A DNA stretch of 32,000 nucleotides from Vibrio cholerae ATCC 14035 (GCF_000621645.1 NZ_JHXR01000016.1:1-32000); one strand, 5' to 3'. Counted from the stretch's first letter, positions 15,565 to 26,179 are shown. Notes: a model not told the origin generated them from the sequence alone. Numbers and translations: made by a program.

Positions 15565-15692
15565 TATACCCAAACTACTTGGAGTTGCAGGTAGGCGGCA
15601 AGTGAGTTCATCCCCATGAGTATAGATAAACGATGTGATTGGGGTGAACGAACGTAGCCAACACCGCTGCAGCTTCAAATAGGAAGGGGATA
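15565..15692. repeat. ERIC-type repeat, copy 2 (inverted relative to copy 1)
   Basis: Its reverse complement aligns along the full length with 9028-9154. The core GTGAGTTCATCCCCATGAG...GTGATTGGGGTGAACG resembles the ERIC consensus. Confidence 0.8.
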
Positions 15693-15730
15693 TTCAGACA
15701 ATCATAACTGCGTGATTTAAGAAAAATGCA

Positions 15731-15758
15731 ATAAAAAGCCCTGCTGTCGAGGCAGGGC
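15731..15758 (-). terminator. Rho-independent terminator of the citCDEFXG operon
   Basis: GCCCTGC / GCAGGGC stem (15738-15744 / 15752-15758) with a 7-nt loop. On the minus strand it is followed by TTTTT (A-run 15733-15737), 29 nt downstream of the citG stop. Confidence 0.75.
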
Positions 15759-15786
15759 AGTATGAAAAATGGAATAACCGGTAAGC

Positions 15787-16728
15787 TTAGTGACGCACTT
15801 TAAATAACTGCACCAATTCGTAAATAAGCCAAGTGGCGGCCAATAAATCGGCGCTGCCGCCGGGGCTTAAGTGTTTTTCAATCAGCACGCTATCGAGCGC
15901 GGTAAGAGCTTGTTCGATTTCTTGATATAAAAAGCCACCTTTGGCGAGCAGTTGCTGCGCTTGTTCTTGCACAAAATGCAGCCCTGCTAATCCACCCCGT
16001 GAAACAAGATTGCTGTCGTTATTGTTGGCCATCAACACCAATAAGGTATGCCACAAGGCTTGCTCGGTGCTGGCTCCTTTGGTTAAACAGGCTTGGTAGG
16101 CTGGCAGCGCATGTTGCATCACCATCGCAAGGCCTGAAGCAGCTTCACCGCGTGCGCCAGTCAAACCATACTGGCGATAAATGCGCTCGCCTGCGGTTTC
16201 AGGTTCACAATCACGCTTGGCTTTTAGCTCATCGATAACCAAAAACTGGCACGCTTGGCGAATGGTTTCACCTATATGCTGCGCATCGATTTTGAGTTGA
16301 TTGGCTTTAAGCCACCCCACCGAGCCGCAAATAAGCCCCAAGATGAAAATCATCCCTTTGTGGGTATTCACCCCTTGTGTGGCCGCAAACATGGCTTGCT
16401 CAGCTTCTATGCCTATCGGGCGTAAGGCGCTCAGTAACTGAGCTGCCGGATTTCCCGCACTCTCCCAACCAGCACTGACAAAAGAGTGCAGATAAGGCGC
16501 GATCGCCTCGGCGCTGGCGATAAAAGTGTTGAGATCCATATCGCGATGCGCGCCATTATTGGCGGTATCCACCAAACCCGGTTTAGGGGTGAGATGCACC
16601 TCCAACATCATGGCATGGTAGGCCAGATGCCCCACTAAGCGGGGCAAGCTGAAGGTCCTTGAACCTGAAGAGGAAGACGCTTGGCTAGGCAGTTCAAGCA
16701 GCAGATCAAGCGCAGCAGGAATAGTCAT
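15787..16728 (-). CDS. citG: Triphosphoribosyl-dephospho-CoA synthase
   Basis: 313-aa CitG-like sequence (LTPKPGLVDT..NGAHRDMD...SRGG). It is the last gene of the citrate lyase operon and overlaps citX by 23 nt. Confidence 0.88.
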   Translation of the reverse strand: MTIPAALDLLLELPSQASSSSGSRTFSLPRLVGHLAYHAMMLEVHLTPKPGLVDTANNGAHRDMDLNTFIASAEAIAPYLHSFVSAGWESAGNPAAQLLSALRPIGIEAEQAMFAATQGVNTHKGMIFILGLICGSVGWLKANQLKIDAQHIGETIRQACQFLVIDELKAKRDCEPETAGERIYRQYGLTGARGEAASGLAMVMQHALPAYQACLTKGASTEQALWHTLLVLMANNNDSNLVSRGGLAGLHFVQEQAQQLLAKGGFLYQEIEQALTALDSVLIEKHLSPGGSADLLAATWLIYELVQLFKVRH

Positions 16729-17242
16729 GCGTCATCTCCTCAATTTTTGCCAGCAAAGCTTCGACACTGTGCCGCCGTGAGCGAGCACAGATCACCGCAT
16801 CGCGTTCACACAGCAGGCAGCGCCGTCTTGGCAACTGCGCACCTTGGCGCGAAATAATATGTCCATCGACATCAATTACATCCAGATCCATCAGTCGCCC
16901 CAGCGGGTGCTCGCGTTCAATCTTCATCATGGCTTTTTTCAACATGCTGGCCGATGGAGCCTGAATTACCACAAAGGCTTCCGGTCCGGTTTTTTCCACC
17001 AACAACTGACAAGCCACTTGCCGCCAGCCCGTTTTCTGACAGAGCTCTTGAATGGCACGCATACCTGCATCCATCACGGTTTGGCTGGCAGCGTTGAGCT
17101 TAAACGCGCCCGGCATGTTAACCGTGAAAGAAACCAGAGGCAGTGAATGGCGCTTTAGCCACTCACCTTGTTGCCGAACCCGCACTTCTTTACGCAGAAG
17201 GAGCTGGTCCAGACTGACTGAAAGATCCGGATGGTGACTCAT
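16706..17242 (-). CDS. citX: Apo-citrate lyase phosphoribosyl-dephospho-CoA transferase (holo-ACP synthase)
   Basis: 178 aa, positioned between citF and citG. Its ATG overlaps the citF stop (ATGA at 17239-17242). Confidence 0.82.
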   Translation of the reverse strand: MSHHPDLSVSLDQLLLRKEVRVRQQGEWLKRHSLPLVSFTVNMPGAFKLNAASQTVMDAGMRAIQELCQKTGWRQVACQLLVEKTGPEAFVVIQAPSASMLKKAMMKIEREHPLGRLMDLDVIDVDGHIISRQGAQLPRRRCLLCERDAVICARSRRHSVEALLAKIEEMTHDYSCCA

Positions 17243-18768
17243 AGGCTTTTTACCTGTTTGATAACATCAATGATCGAACCGTCACGGTAGTGAACAAAGG
17301 CAACGGTTTTGTCTTCAAATTGCAACGGCTGGGGTTTGCCCGTCAGCAACTCGGCACGCTGTTGCAACGCTTCAATCTCGACAACGGGCAGTTGCGCCTC
17401 GATGAAACGTGCTTTCAGTTCGGGACGATTCGGGTTTACCGCGATACCTTGATCCGTCACCAACACATCAATGGTGGATCCTGGGGTGATGACGTTAGTG
17501 ACCTTCTCGACCAAGGTCGGAATGCGGCCACGCACCAAAGGCGCCACAATAATCGATAAGTTTGCCGCAGCCGCCGTGTCGCAGTGGCCGCCGGATGCAC
17601 CGCGAATTACCCCATCAGAGCCGGTGATCACGTTAACGTTAAACTGGGTATCAATCTCCAGCGCACTCAAGATAACCACATCCAGCCTATCCACCGCCGC
17701 CCCTTTCGAGCTTGGGTTGGCGTATTCGTTAGCAGAGATTTCGAGATGATGCGGATTGCGCGCTAACGAGCCCGCCGCCACCGAATCGAAACACTGCACA
17801 TCGAGCAAGTAATCAATCAGCCCCTGCTCATGCATATCGACCATGGTTGCGGTGATACCACCGAGAGCGAAAGAAGCACGGATGTCTTGGCGCAGCATCT
17901 TCTCTTTCAAAAAGCGCGCAACCGCGAGCGATGCACCGCCCGAACCAGTCTGCATTGAAAAACCATCATAGAAATAGCCAGAATGCTCAATGACTTCCGC
18001 AGCGCGTTTGGCAATCAACAGCTCGCGTGGGTTGGTGGTCATGCGCGTGGCATCCCCACCGATTTTGCTTGGGTCGCCCACTTCGGCTACTTGTACCACC
18101 GCATCAACACGATCTTGAGTAATCGATGCAGGGAAATTCGGGAAACCGACGATCGCTTCGGTCAGCATCACCACTTTTTCAGCATGCTCGGCATCAACTT
18201 TGGCATAGCCGAGTGAGCCACAATTGGATTTACCTTTAAAACCGTTGGCGTTACCAAACTCATCGCAACAAGGCACGCCAATAAACGCCATGTCGATGTA
18301 CAGCTCACCACTTTGGATTAGATGTACACGACCACCGTGCGAATGAATATGCACTGGCTCATCAAGCAGGCCGTTAGAAATGCTGTCGGCCAGCGCTCCG
18401 CGGATCCCTGAGGTGTAAATCTTGCTCACCACGCCGTTTTTGATGTGTTCAATCAAAGGCGAATGACAAGAGGTGAGCGAGCTTGAGGCGAGCGTGAGGT
18501 TTTTAATCCCCAATTCAGCAATCTCCTCCATCACCAGATTGACGGTTTTATCGCCGCCACGAAATGCATGGTGGAAAGAGATGGTCATGCCATCTTTTAA
18601 GCCAAGATCGACAATCGCTTCGCGGATCGAACTTTTCACCTTACGGTTTTTCTTGGCAGGCTCATCCAGCAGATGCGGCGTGATCGCGTGCGCTTGGGTG
18701 TAAGGCGTCAACGCATAGCGTTCCACTTCCAGCACAGACAGAGGGTTATTTAATGTATTGATACTCAT
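17239..18768 (-). CDS. citF: Citrate lyase alpha subunit (citrate CoA-transferase)
   Basis: 509 aa from ATG 18768 (MSINTLNNPL...). The 68-aa N-terminal extension in the ORF track overlaps citE and looks non-coding. The sequence is CitF-like throughout (SFHHAFRGGD, GGASLA, RGASGGH). Confidence 0.9.
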   Translation of the reverse strand: MSINTLNNPLSVLEVERYALTPYTQAHAITPHLLDEPAKKNRKVKSSIREAIVDLGLKDGMTISFHHAFRGGDKTVNLVMEEIAELGIKNLTLASSSLTSCHSPLIEHIKNGVVSKIYTSGIRGALADSISNGLLDEPVHIHSHGGRVHLIQSGELYIDMAFIGVPCCDEFGNANGFKGKSNCGSLGYAKVDAEHAEKVVMLTEAIVGFPNFPASITQDRVDAVVQVAEVGDPSKIGGDATRMTTNPRELLIAKRAAEVIEHSGYFYDGFSMQTGSGGASLAVARFLKEKMLRQDIRASFALGGITATMVDMHEQGLIDYLLDVQCFDSVAAGSLARNPHHLEISANEYANPSSKGAAVDRLDVVILSALEIDTQFNVNVITGSDGVIRGASGGHCDTAAAANLSIIVAPLVRGRIPTLVEKVTNVITPGSTIDVLVTDQGIAVNPNRPELKARFIEAQLPVVEIEALQQRAELLTGKPQPLQFEDKTVAFVHYRDGSIIDVIKQVKSL

Positions 18769-18778
18769 GAGATGACCT

Positions 18779-19654
18779 TTAGTGTTTGGTGCCGGATTCA
18801 GCACGTTGCAGTGTCCAACGTGCGCGTTCGATGATGGGCCCATCGACCATTTTGCCGTTAAGGGAAACCACGCCCAGCCCTTTCGCCGCGGCTTCTTCGG
18901 CGGCTTCGATGACTGCGATGGCGTGATCGACCTCTTTTTGGGTTGGGGCAAACACGTTGTGCAGCAGGTCAATCTGGCGCGGGTTAATCAGTGACTTGCC
19001 ATCAAAGCCAAGCTGCTTGATGTGCTCCGCCTCACGCAAAAATCCCTCTTCGTTATTGGCATCGGAATAGACGGTATCAAACGCCATGATCCCGGCAGCA
19101 CGCGCCGCTTGCAGAATGGAGCCGCGTGCAAACAGCAGCTCAATCCCTTCCGCTGAACGCTGCGTGCGCAGATCGCGCACATAGTCTTCCGCGCCGAGCG
19201 CAATCCCAATCAGGCGGCGGGAGCTAAAGGCAATCTCAACCGCGTTGTTGATGCCTTGCGCGCTTTCAATCGCGGCCAACATACGCGTGCTACCCACTTC
19301 ACGTCCGCATTCACGCTCGATCTGCTCGATGACTTTTTCCATCTCAATCACATCGTTGGCGTTATCGGTTTTCGGCAGACGCACCACTTTGGCTCCGCCG
19401 CGCACCACGGCATTAAGGTCTTTGATGCCGAATTCAGAATCGAGCGGATTGACCCGCACCACGGTTTCCATCTCTTGATACATAGGGTGTTGCAGCGCAT
19501 GGAACACCAACATCCGCGCGGTGTCTTTTTCACGCAGCGCGACCGAATCTTCCAGATCGAACATGATCGAATCCGGTTGATAGATAAAGGTATTACTGAG
19601 CATGGCGGCATTCGCGCCCGGCACAAATAACATACTGCGACGAAGTTTGGTCAT
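18779..19654 (-). CDS. citE: Citrate lyase beta subunit (citryl-CoA lyase)
   Basis: [11 protein letters not shown]...DLEDSV...LPKT are HpcH/CitE signatures. ATG 19654 overlaps the citD stop (ATGA). An alternative upstream ATG lies at 19669. Confidence 0.9.
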   Translation of the reverse strand: MTKLRRSMLFVPGANAAMLSNTFIYQPDSIMFDLEDSVALREKDTARMLVFHALQHPMYQEMETVVRVNPLDSEFGIKDLNAVVRGGAKVVRLPKTDNANDVIEMEKVIEQIERECGREVGSTRMLAAIESAQGINNAVEIAFSSRRLIGIALGAEDYVRDLRTQRSAEGIELLFARGSILQAARAAGIMAFDTVYSDANNEEGFLREAEHIKQLGFDGKSLINPRQIDLLHNVFAPTQKEVDHAIAVIEAAEEAAAKGLGVVSLNGKMVDGPIIERARWTLQRAESGTKH

Positions 19655-19947
19655 GATAGCTGACTCCACTCAATGTTCTGAACATCACAAGCGCGCATCA
19701 CCGCCGCCTGTACGCGCGCGCGGATCACACAATCCAGCGCACCTTTGTCTTCGATGGTGACCAGCGCATCATGCACTTGCATCGCATCGAGGGTGTGCAG
19801 CACGACCTGACGAATCGCATGACCAAATCGCTGCTCGACGGTACTGTCTAACACCAGTTCAATACCGCCATCGTTATTGGGTTCAATCCGAACCTGAAGA
19901 TCACTGGATTCCAGTGTTCCCGCAAAGGCGGGATGGGCAATTTTCAT
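19651..19947 (-). CDS. citD: Citrate lyase acyl carrier protein (gamma subunit)
   Basis: 98 aa. [23 protein letters not shown] contains the prosthetic-group serine motif (ESSD). Confidence 0.9.
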   Translation of the reverse strand: MKIAHPAFAGTLESSDLQVRIEPNNDGGIELVLDSTVEQRFGHAIRQVVLHTLDAMQVHDALVTIEDKGALDCVIRARVQAAVMRACDVQNIEWSQLS

Positions 19948-19998
19948 GGGTACAACCTTGTTAATGAGTTATTGGATAAAACAGTGTCAGCACCGCGC

Positions 19999-21054
19999 TC
20001 ATACCGCTAACCGTTGCGGTGCGGTCTGTAGCGAATGTTCCGCATAGTGCTGGCAAAGGTAGGAATAGGTCGTTTTTGGCACGAGATCGGCAATCGCAGC
20101 AACGCCAAATTGTTTGAGCAAGTAACGCACGCGCGATGCTGAAATTGGCTGCGAGGCTTGCTGACTGCGCTCAATTTCAACCACTTGGATCGACGCACTG
20201 GCATCGTGCGCTTCTTCTAGCCAGCGGCGCATGGCTTGGTTGTAGTGACGCGTCACCGTACAAATCGGCTCACTACCGACAAAGCGGTGCGTAATGCCAA
20301 GGGCAGGCGCGATCGAATGGCGGAAAATACTTAAATCCAGCGCGGTATGGGATTGATTGACCACTTGCTGATCTTTAATAAAATAACTGGGGAAGGTCGC
20401 GCGCGAAATAATATAATCTGAACCGGAATGAATAGTTAAATTCAATAAATGTTTACTACCCGCCTTAATCATGGCCATGCGATCAGCGTAAGAAAAATCT
20501 TTATTCTCTGCTTTTACAACAAATAAATGCACCCAGTCACATTGTTCACAGGCTTGTTCAATTAAATATTGATGACCTAAGGTAAATGGATTGGCATTCA
20601 TCACAATACTGCCAATTTTACGGCCAGACATTTTTAATAACTGCAACTGTTTGCAATAAACAGAAAGGCGATTAGGGCTATTTTCTAATAAAGCAATATG
20701 CGGTTCGACTTTATCGACCAAGAAAAAACCACACTGTCTAAATAAATCAATATTGGCTGGCTTAGTAAATAGAAAGAGTGAAAAACGCCCCATTTCATAA
20801 GCGAAGTTGGTTAATTCGGTCATCAGTTTGAGCGCAAAACCAGTGCCTTGCAGCGCAGGAGAAACCGCGATGGACTTCAACACGTGCCCCGCAATTCCGC
20901 CGCAAGCGATGATTTGGTTTGTGCCATAAGCCACCACAAAATGCTCGACATCGTCATCCACGGTCAGCTGATGCTGGCAGAGAAACTCTTTGATCTGTAA
21001 GAGCTTGGTTCGATTCTTGGTTGAAACTCGCGAGAAGGTATAAATATCCACCAT
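19999..21054 (-). CDS. citC: [Citrate (pro-3S)-lyase] ligase
   Basis: An N-terminal GNAT-like region is followed by the cytidylyltransferase-like core NANPFTLGHQYLIEQA...ISRATFPSYF...ISASRVR. ATG 21054 is preceded by AGGAAG 6 nt upstream. The track starts at GTG 21069. Confidence 0.9.
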   Translation of the reverse strand: MVDIYTFSRVSTKNRTKLLQIKEFLCQHQLTVDDDVEHFVVAYGTNQIIACGGIAGHVLKSIAVSPALQGTGFALKLMTELTNFAYEMGRFSLFLFTKPANIDLFRQCGFFLVDKVEPHIALLENSPNRLSVYCKQLQLLKMSGRKIGSIVMNANPFTLGHQYLIEQACEQCDWVHLFVVKAENKDFSYADRMAMIKAGSKHLLNLTIHSGSDYIISRATFPSYFIKDQQVVNQSHTALDLSIFRHSIAPALGITHRFVGSEPICTVTRHYNQAMRRWLEEAHDASASIQVVEIERSQQASQPISASRVRYLLKQFGVAAIADLVPKTTYSYLCQHYAEHSLQTAPQRLAV

Positions 21055-21330
21055 GGTCGGCTTCCTCACCTATTTTTTCTGGCTTTATTATCTAAATTCA
21101 GCCGAAAAGGTTTAATGAGGGTAATCACTTTATTTCCCGCCGTTAACGCTCTTTATGGTTTTAATGAATTTAATTTATATCTCTTTGATTTTTAATTTTA
21201 TTTAAAATTTAAACCATAAAAACCATTGAGATTTTTAAAGCCACTGGTTTGGATGACTATTTTCACAATTATCACTGACTATTTTATTTAATGTAGTAAA
21301 GGTCTTAATAACCTCATTGGACATGGAATT
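21055..21330. promoter_or_regulatory. Divergent citC / citS control region
   Basis: A 276-bp, very AT-rich intergenic region lies between the divergently transcribed citCDEFXG and citS-oadGAB-citAB clusters. In Klebsiella the equivalent region carries the CitB- and CRP-dependent promoters. I could not place individual sites with confidence. Confidence 0.5.
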
Positions 21331-22677
21331 ATGAACGAGAAAACCCTACATTTAGATAAAAAGTCCGCAGTCGTAGGTGGATTGAATCTAAGCCAAACGA
21401 AAATATTTGGTACTCCACTCCCTTTATTTTTATTTTTACTGCTCACCGTATTAGCCGCTCATTTTACTGACACTTTACCTAGCGGTCTGGTGGGTGGTTT
21501 TGCGTTTATGTTTGTCATAGGCGCAATATTTGGCGAAGTTGGCAAACGTCTACCGATTTTTAATAAATACATCGGCGGTGCGCCAGTAATGATTTTCTTG
21601 GTGGCCGCTTGGTTCGTGCACATGGGCTGGCTCAGTGATCGCGAAATCAAAACCGTGACCGAAGTGATGGATAAGAGCAAATTCTTGGATCTGTTCATCG
21701 CAGTGCTGATCACTGGCTCAATTCTGGCGGTCAACCGTAAACTGCTGATCCGCTCTCTGGCCGGCTACATTCCAACCATTCTCGCTGCGGTAGCGGGTGC
21801 TGCGGTATTCGGTATCGCTATCGGCCTCGTATTTGGTATCACGCCTGATCGCATCATGATGCTGTACGTGCTACCGATTATGGGCGGTGGTAATGGCGCT
21901 GGCGCTATCCCGCTTTCCGAAATTTATGAATCGGTCACAGGTGGATCGAAAGAGCAATACTACTCGGTTGCTATCGCGATCCTGACTATCGCCAACATTG
22001 TGGCCATCGTCGCCGCGGCAGTCATCAACATCATTGGTGAAAAGATCCCATCCTTAACCGGCAATGGCGAACTGGTACGCAGCTCGAAACTGGATGTGAG
22101 CGAAGAAGCGAAAAACCTAACGGTGACCCACCGTGAAATCGCCATCGGTTTAATGCTGGCCGCTTGCGTCTACACCTTCTCTTATGCGCTATCGAAAGAG
22201 ATTTTGCCCGGTTTTGGTTCGATTCAAATCCACACCTTTGCTTACATGGTGGTGATCATCGCCATCCTTAACGCGGCGGGGTTGTGCAGTGATGAAATCA
22301 AAGAAGGCGCGAAACGTCTATCGAATTTCTTCTCAAAACAGATGCTGTGGCTATTGATGGTCGGCGTTGGTATTGCTTATACCGATCTGGCTGAAATCAT
22401 CAACGCTCTTACCTTTGCCAACGTGATCATTGCTACTGTGATTGTGCTTGGTGCAATTATCGGTGCTGCTTTAGGTGGCTGGGCGATGGGCTTCTACCCT
22501 GTTGAAGCTTCGATTACAGCAGGGCTATGTATGGCAAACCGCGGCGGCTCGGGCGACCTTGAAGTGCTTGCCGCCTCTAACCGTATGAGCTTGCTCTCTT
22601 ACGCACAAATCTCTTCACGTCTGGGTGGCGGCATTGTGCTGGTCATCGCCAGCGTCGTATTCGGAATGTTTGTTTAA
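21331..22677 (+). CDS. citS: Citrate:sodium symporter (2-hydroxycarboxylate transporter family)
   Basis: 448-aa polytopic membrane protein with 2-HCT signatures (GGGNGAGAIPLSE, ANRGGSGD). It sits at the head of the oad/citAB cluster. Confidence 0.9.
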   Translation: MNEKTLHLDKKSAVVGGLNLSQTKIFGTPLPLFLFLLLTVLAAHFTDTLPSGLVGGFAFMFVIGAIFGEVGKRLPIFNKYIGGAPVMIFLVAAWFVHMGWLSDREIKTVTEVMDKSKFLDLFIAVLITGSILAVNRKLLIRSLAGYIPTILAAVAGAAVFGIAIGLVFGITPDRIMMLYVLPIMGGGNGAGAIPLSEIYESVTGGSKEQYYSVAIAILTIANIVAIVAAAVINIIGEKIPSLTGNGELVRSSKLDVSEEAKNLTVTHREIAIGLMLAACVYTFSYALSKEILPGFGSIQIHTFAYMVVIIAILNAAGLCSDEIKEGAKRLSNFFSKQMLWLLMVGVGIAYTDLAEIINALTFANVIIATVIVLGAIIGAALGGWAMGFYPVEASITAGLCMANRGGSGDLEVLAASNRMSLLSYAQISSRLGGGIVLVIASVVFGMFV

Positions 22678-22707
22678 CCCTTTAACCCTTGCTCCTTGGG
22701 ATTATTT

Positions 22708-22731
22708 GGCGCGCTTAGCGCGCCTTTTTTT
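22708..22731 (+). terminator. Strong intrinsic terminator/attenuator between citS and oadG
   Basis: GGCGCGC TTA GCGCGCC (22708-22724) followed by T7 (22725-22731). Confidence 0.7.
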
Positions 22732-22771
22732 CTCTCCGTTTTCAACCCTGTTTTTACCACTGGAAGTGACC

Positions 22772-23044
22772 ATGCAATCAACCTCACTGTTCCTCGAAGG
22801 GATTAATTTGCTGACGCTGGGGATGGGCTTTGTGTTCATCTTTCTGATTTTCTTGGTGTATGCCACGCGTGCGATGTCGCAATTGATTGTGCGTTTTGCC
22901 CCGCCGGAAGTGCCAGCCAAAACCACCAATAAAAAAGCCTCTGCCAACAAGGCCAAAGCCAACCCAAATCAAAACCAAGGTGAATTGCTCGCGGTGCTCA
23001 CGGCCGCTGTCCATCACCATAAAACACAACAAAAACTATCTTAA
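22772..23044 (+). CDS. oadG: Oxaloacetate decarboxylase gamma subunit
   Basis: 90 aa from ATG 22772 (MQSTSLFLEGINLLTLGMGFVFIFLIFLV...): a single N-terminal TM helix followed by a Pro/Ala/Lys-rich linker. The upstream extension in the track runs through the terminator. Confidence 0.82.
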   Translation: MQSTSLFLEGINLLTLGMGFVFIFLIFLVYATRAMSQLIVRFAPPEVPAKTTNKKASANKAKANPNQNQGELLAVLTAAVHHHKTQQKLS

Positions 23045-23062
23045 GTGAAGGAGAAACCACAG

Positions 23063-24862
23063 ATGACTCAGGCGATCAAACGCGTTGGTGTTACGGATGT
23101 CGTATTGCGCGATGCTCACCAATCTCTTTTTGCCACCCGTTTACGAATTGACGACATGCTGCCGATTGCGCAGCAATTAGATCAGATCGGTTATTGGTCT
23201 TTGGAATGTTGGGGAGGCGCGACCTTTGACAGCTGCATCCGCTTTTTAGGCGAAGACCCATGGCAACGTCTACGTTTACTCAAACAAGCCATGCCCAATA
23301 CGCCACTGCAAATGCTGCTGCGCGGGCAAAACCTGCTCGGCTACCGTCACTATGCCGATGATGTGGTGGATACTTTTGTAGAGCGTGCGGTGAAAAACGG
23401 CATGGATGTATTTCGTGTCTTCGATGCGATGAACGATGTACGCAACATGCAACAGGCGCTGCAAGCGGTGAAAAAGATGGGCGCGCATGCGCAAGGCACG
23501 CTCTGCTACACCACCAGCCCAGTACACAATTTACAAACTTGGGTCGATGTGGCGCAGCAACTGGCGGAGCTCGGCGTCGACTCAATAGCCCTGAAAGATA
23601 TGGCCGGCATTTTGACCCCGTATGCCGCTGAAGAGCTAGTGTCTACCCTGAAAAAACAAGTGGATGTCGAGCTGCATCTGCACTGCCACTCCACCGCGGG
23701 CCTTGCCGATATGACTCTGCTTAAAGCGATTGAAGCGGGCGTGGATCGGGTTGATACCGCGATTTCCAGCATGAGTGGCACTTATGGTCATCCTGCGACC
23801 GAATCACTGGTCGCTACCTTGCAAGGCACCGGCTACGACACCGGATTGGATATCGCCAAACTCGAACAGATTGCGGCTTACTTCCGTGATGTACGCAAAA
23901 AATACCACGCCTTTGAAGGCATGATGAAAGGCAGCGATGCGCGCATTTTGGTGGCTCAGGTTCCTGGCGGCATGCTGACCAACATGGAAAGCCAACTCAA
24001 ACAACAAAACGCGCTGGATAAACTCGATTTAGTGCTCGAAGAGATCCCACGCGTGCGTGAAGAACTCGGCTTTTTGCCTCTGGTCACCCCTACCTCACAA
24101 ATTGTCGGTACACAAGCGGTGATCAACGTGGTGCTGGGTGAGCGTTACAAAACCATCACCAAGGAAACCAGCGGTGTGCTGAAAGGGGAATACGGCAAAA
24201 CGCCAGCACCGGTTAACACTGAGCTGCAAGCTCGCGTGTTGGCGGGCGCAGAAGCCATTACTTGTCGCCCTGCGGATTTGATTGCCGCCGAAATGCCAAC
24301 CTTGCAAGACCGCGTATTGCAGCAAGCTAAAGAGCAGCACATCACCCTCGCCGAGAATGCGATTGATGATGTACTGACCATTGCGCTGTTTGATCAGGTA
24401 GGCTGGAAGTTTTTAGCCAACCGCCATAACCCAGAAGCCTTTGAACCTGCGCCGCAAGCGATAAGTTCAGCCTGCACACCGAAAGCGCCAACAGAAAAAA
24501 GCAAAGTACAGCCAGTGGAAAGTCACGGTGTGTACACCATTACCGTCAACAACCAAAGCTATGTGGTGAAGGTGGATGAAGGCGGTGACCTGACGCATGT
24601 TGCGCCGACGGCATCAACCAACCACGCACCAGTCCCGAGTGCCGCAGAAGGTGAAAACCTCGCCGCGCCCCTTTCTGGCAACATCTGGAAAATTCATGCC
24701 TCAGCCGGTGATGAAGTGGCCGAAGGCGATGTCTTGCTGATTTTAGAAGCCATGAAGATGGAAACCGAAATCCGCGCGCCACGTGCCGGAGTGATCAGTG
24801 CGATTGAAGTCAATGAAGGCGATGCCGTACAAGTCGGCGATGCTTTGTTGGTATTGGCGTAA
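23063..24862 (+). CDS. oadA: Oxaloacetate decarboxylase alpha subunit (carboxyltransferase + biotinyl domain)
   Basis: It has the TIM-barrel carboxyltransferase motif [13 protein letters not shown] and a C-terminal biotin attachment site EAMKMET. AAGGAG lies 8 nt upstream of ATG 23063. Confidence 0.92.
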   Translation: MTQAIKRVGVTDVVLRDAHQSLFATRLRIDDMLPIAQQLDQIGYWSLECWGGATFDSCIRFLGEDPWQRLRLLKQAMPNTPLQMLLRGQNLLGYRHYADDVVDTFVERAVKNGMDVFRVFDAMNDVRNMQQALQAVKKMGAHAQGTLCYTTSPVHNLQTWVDVAQQLAELGVDSIALKDMAGILTPYAAEELVSTLKKQVDVELHLHCHSTAGLADMTLLKAIEAGVDRVDTAISSMSGTYGHPATESLVATLQGTGYDTGLDIAKLEQIAAYFRDVRKKYHAFEGMMKGSDARILVAQVPGGMLTNMESQLKQQNALDKLDLVLEEIPRVREELGFLPLVTPTSQIVGTQAVINVVLGERYKTITKETSGVLKGEYGKTPAPVNTELQARVLAGAEAITCRPADLIAAEMPTLQDRVLQQAKEQHITLAENAIDDVLTIALFDQVGWKFLANRHNPEAFEPAPQAISSACTPKAPTEKSKVQPVESHGVYTITVNNQSYVVKVDEGGDLTHVAPTASTNHAPVPSAAEGENLAAPLSGNIWKIHASAGDEVAEGDVLLILEAMKMETEIRAPRAGVISAIEVNEGDAVQVGDALLVLA

Positions 24863-24877
24863 TCAGAGGCGGAAAGT

Positions 24878-26179
24878 ATGGAAAATATTTTAGCCATGGT
24901 GCGTGATTTTGGCCTGTTCCACCTTCAGTGGGGACAGGGCATCATGATCCTTGTTGGGTTAGTGTTGCTCTATCTTGCCATCGTCAAACGTTTCGAGCCT
25001 TTGCTGCTGGTACCCATAGGTTTTGGGGGAATCCTCTCAAATCTGCCCGATGCCGGGCTTGCCATGTCAGCCATCGAAAATGCGGTGTATGCGGCCAAGC
25101 CGGAAGTGATGACAGCGTTTTCAGAAGTGCTGCAACTCAGCTCCTACATGCCTGCCGACATCAAGCAAGCCTTGAGCAGCGCAACGCCACTGCAGATGAC
25201 CACCTTGCACCTGCTTGCTGAGCAGTACCAATACAGTGATGGCATGCTGTATCTGTTTTACAGCATTGCGATTGCTTCTGGCGCAGGCCCGTTAATCATC
25301 TTTATGGGCGTAGGCGCGATGACCGATTTTGGTCCTCTGCTCGCCAACCCTAAAACCCTGCTGCTCGGCGCGGCGGCTCAGTTTGGTATTTTCACCACCG
25401 TATTGGGCGCATTGGCATTAAGCAGTTTAGGGGTGATGGATTTTAGCGTGGCGCAAGCGGCGGCGATTGGCATCATCGGGGGAGCTGATGGCCCAACCGC
25501 GATATACGTATCGAGTATGCTCGCACCAGAATTATTGGGAGCGATTGCGGTCGCCGCTTACTCTTACATGGCGTTAGTGCCTATGATTCAGCCGCCGATC
25601 ATGCGGGCGTTGACCACACAAGAAGAGCGCAAAATTCAGATGCAGCAGCTGCGTCAGGTGCACAAGCTGGAAAAAATCGGCTTTCCGCTCCTACTGCTGA
25701 TCTTGATTGCTCTCTTGCTGCCTTCGGCAACGCCACTGCTCGGCATGTTCTGCTTTGGTAACTTGATGCGTGAATGTGGCGTGGTGGAGCGTTTATCCGA
25801 CACGGCGCAAAACGCCCTCATCAACATAGTGACCATTTTCCTTGGCTTGTCCGTCGGCTCCAAGCTGATGGCTGATAAGTTCCTGCAGCCTCAAACCATC
25901 GGCATTTTGGTGCTCGGTATTGTAGCGTTTTGTGTCGGCACCGCAGCTGGGGTGTTGATGGCGAAACTGATGAACCGTTTCACCACCACCAAACTCAATC
26001 CGCTGATTGGGTCGGCTGGAGTTTCGGCTGTACCGATGGCGGCACGCGTCTCCAACAAGGTTGGGCTTGAAGCCAATGCGCAGAACTTTTTGCTGATGCA
26101 TGCCATGGGTCCCAACGTCGCAGGGGTGATTGGCTCTGCGGTCGCCGCTGGGGTAATGATCAAATATGTGATGGGCTAA
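24878..26179 (+). CDS. oadB: Oxaloacetate decarboxylase beta subunit (Na+-pumping membrane subunit)
   Basis: 433-aa polytopic protein, OadB-like ([32 protein letters not shown]). Confidence 0.9.
   Translation: MENILAMVRDFGLFHLQWGQGIMILVGLVLLYLAIVKRFEPLLLVPIGFGGILSNLPDAGLAMSAIENAVYAAKPEVMTAFSEVLQLSSYMPADIKQALSSATPLQMTTLHLLAEQYQYSDGMLYLFYSIAIASGAGPLIIFMGVGAMTDFGPLLANPKTLLLGAAAQFGIFTTVLGALALSSLGVMDFSVAQAAAIGIIGGADGPTAIYVSSMLAPELLGAIAVAAYSYMALVPMIQPPIMRALTTQEERKIQMQQLRQVHKLEKIGFPLLLLILIALLLPSATPLLGMFCFGNLMRECGVVERLSDTAQNALINIVTIFLGLSVGSKLMADKFLQPQTIGILVLGIVAFCVGTAAGVLMAKLMNRFTTTKLNPLIGSAGVSAVPMAARVSNKVGLEANAQNFLLMHAMGPNVAGVIGSAVAAGVMIKYVMG

Noticed and set aside
15451-15678. 75-aa minus-strand ORF, and the 111-aa + strand ORF at 8710-9045
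   Set aside because: Both run through ERIC-type repeat sequence or antisense to the DUF3592 gene. The repeat explains the open frame, and neither ORF has a ribosome-binding site or motifs.
18769-18972. 68-aa N-terminal extension of the citF ORF
   Set aside because: The extension overlaps the 3' end of citE in another frame and has a Pro/Lys/Ser-rich nonsense composition. The citF homology starts at MSINTLNN (ATG 18768), 10 nt after the citE stop.
21200-21290. CRP-binding site in the citC/citS intergenic region (TTTCACAATTATCACTGA)
   Set aside because: Only one half-site resembles TGTGA/TCACA and the symmetry is poor. I cannot support a specific site call without a matrix scan.
22625-22771. 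49-aa upstream extension of oadG, and the similar extension of citB (27802-27960)
   Set aside because: The extensions overlap the preceding genes. In the oadG case the extension also runs through an intrinsic terminator. The conserved N-termini (MQSTSLFLEG..., MMELIDVLIVEDE...) begin at internal ATGs.
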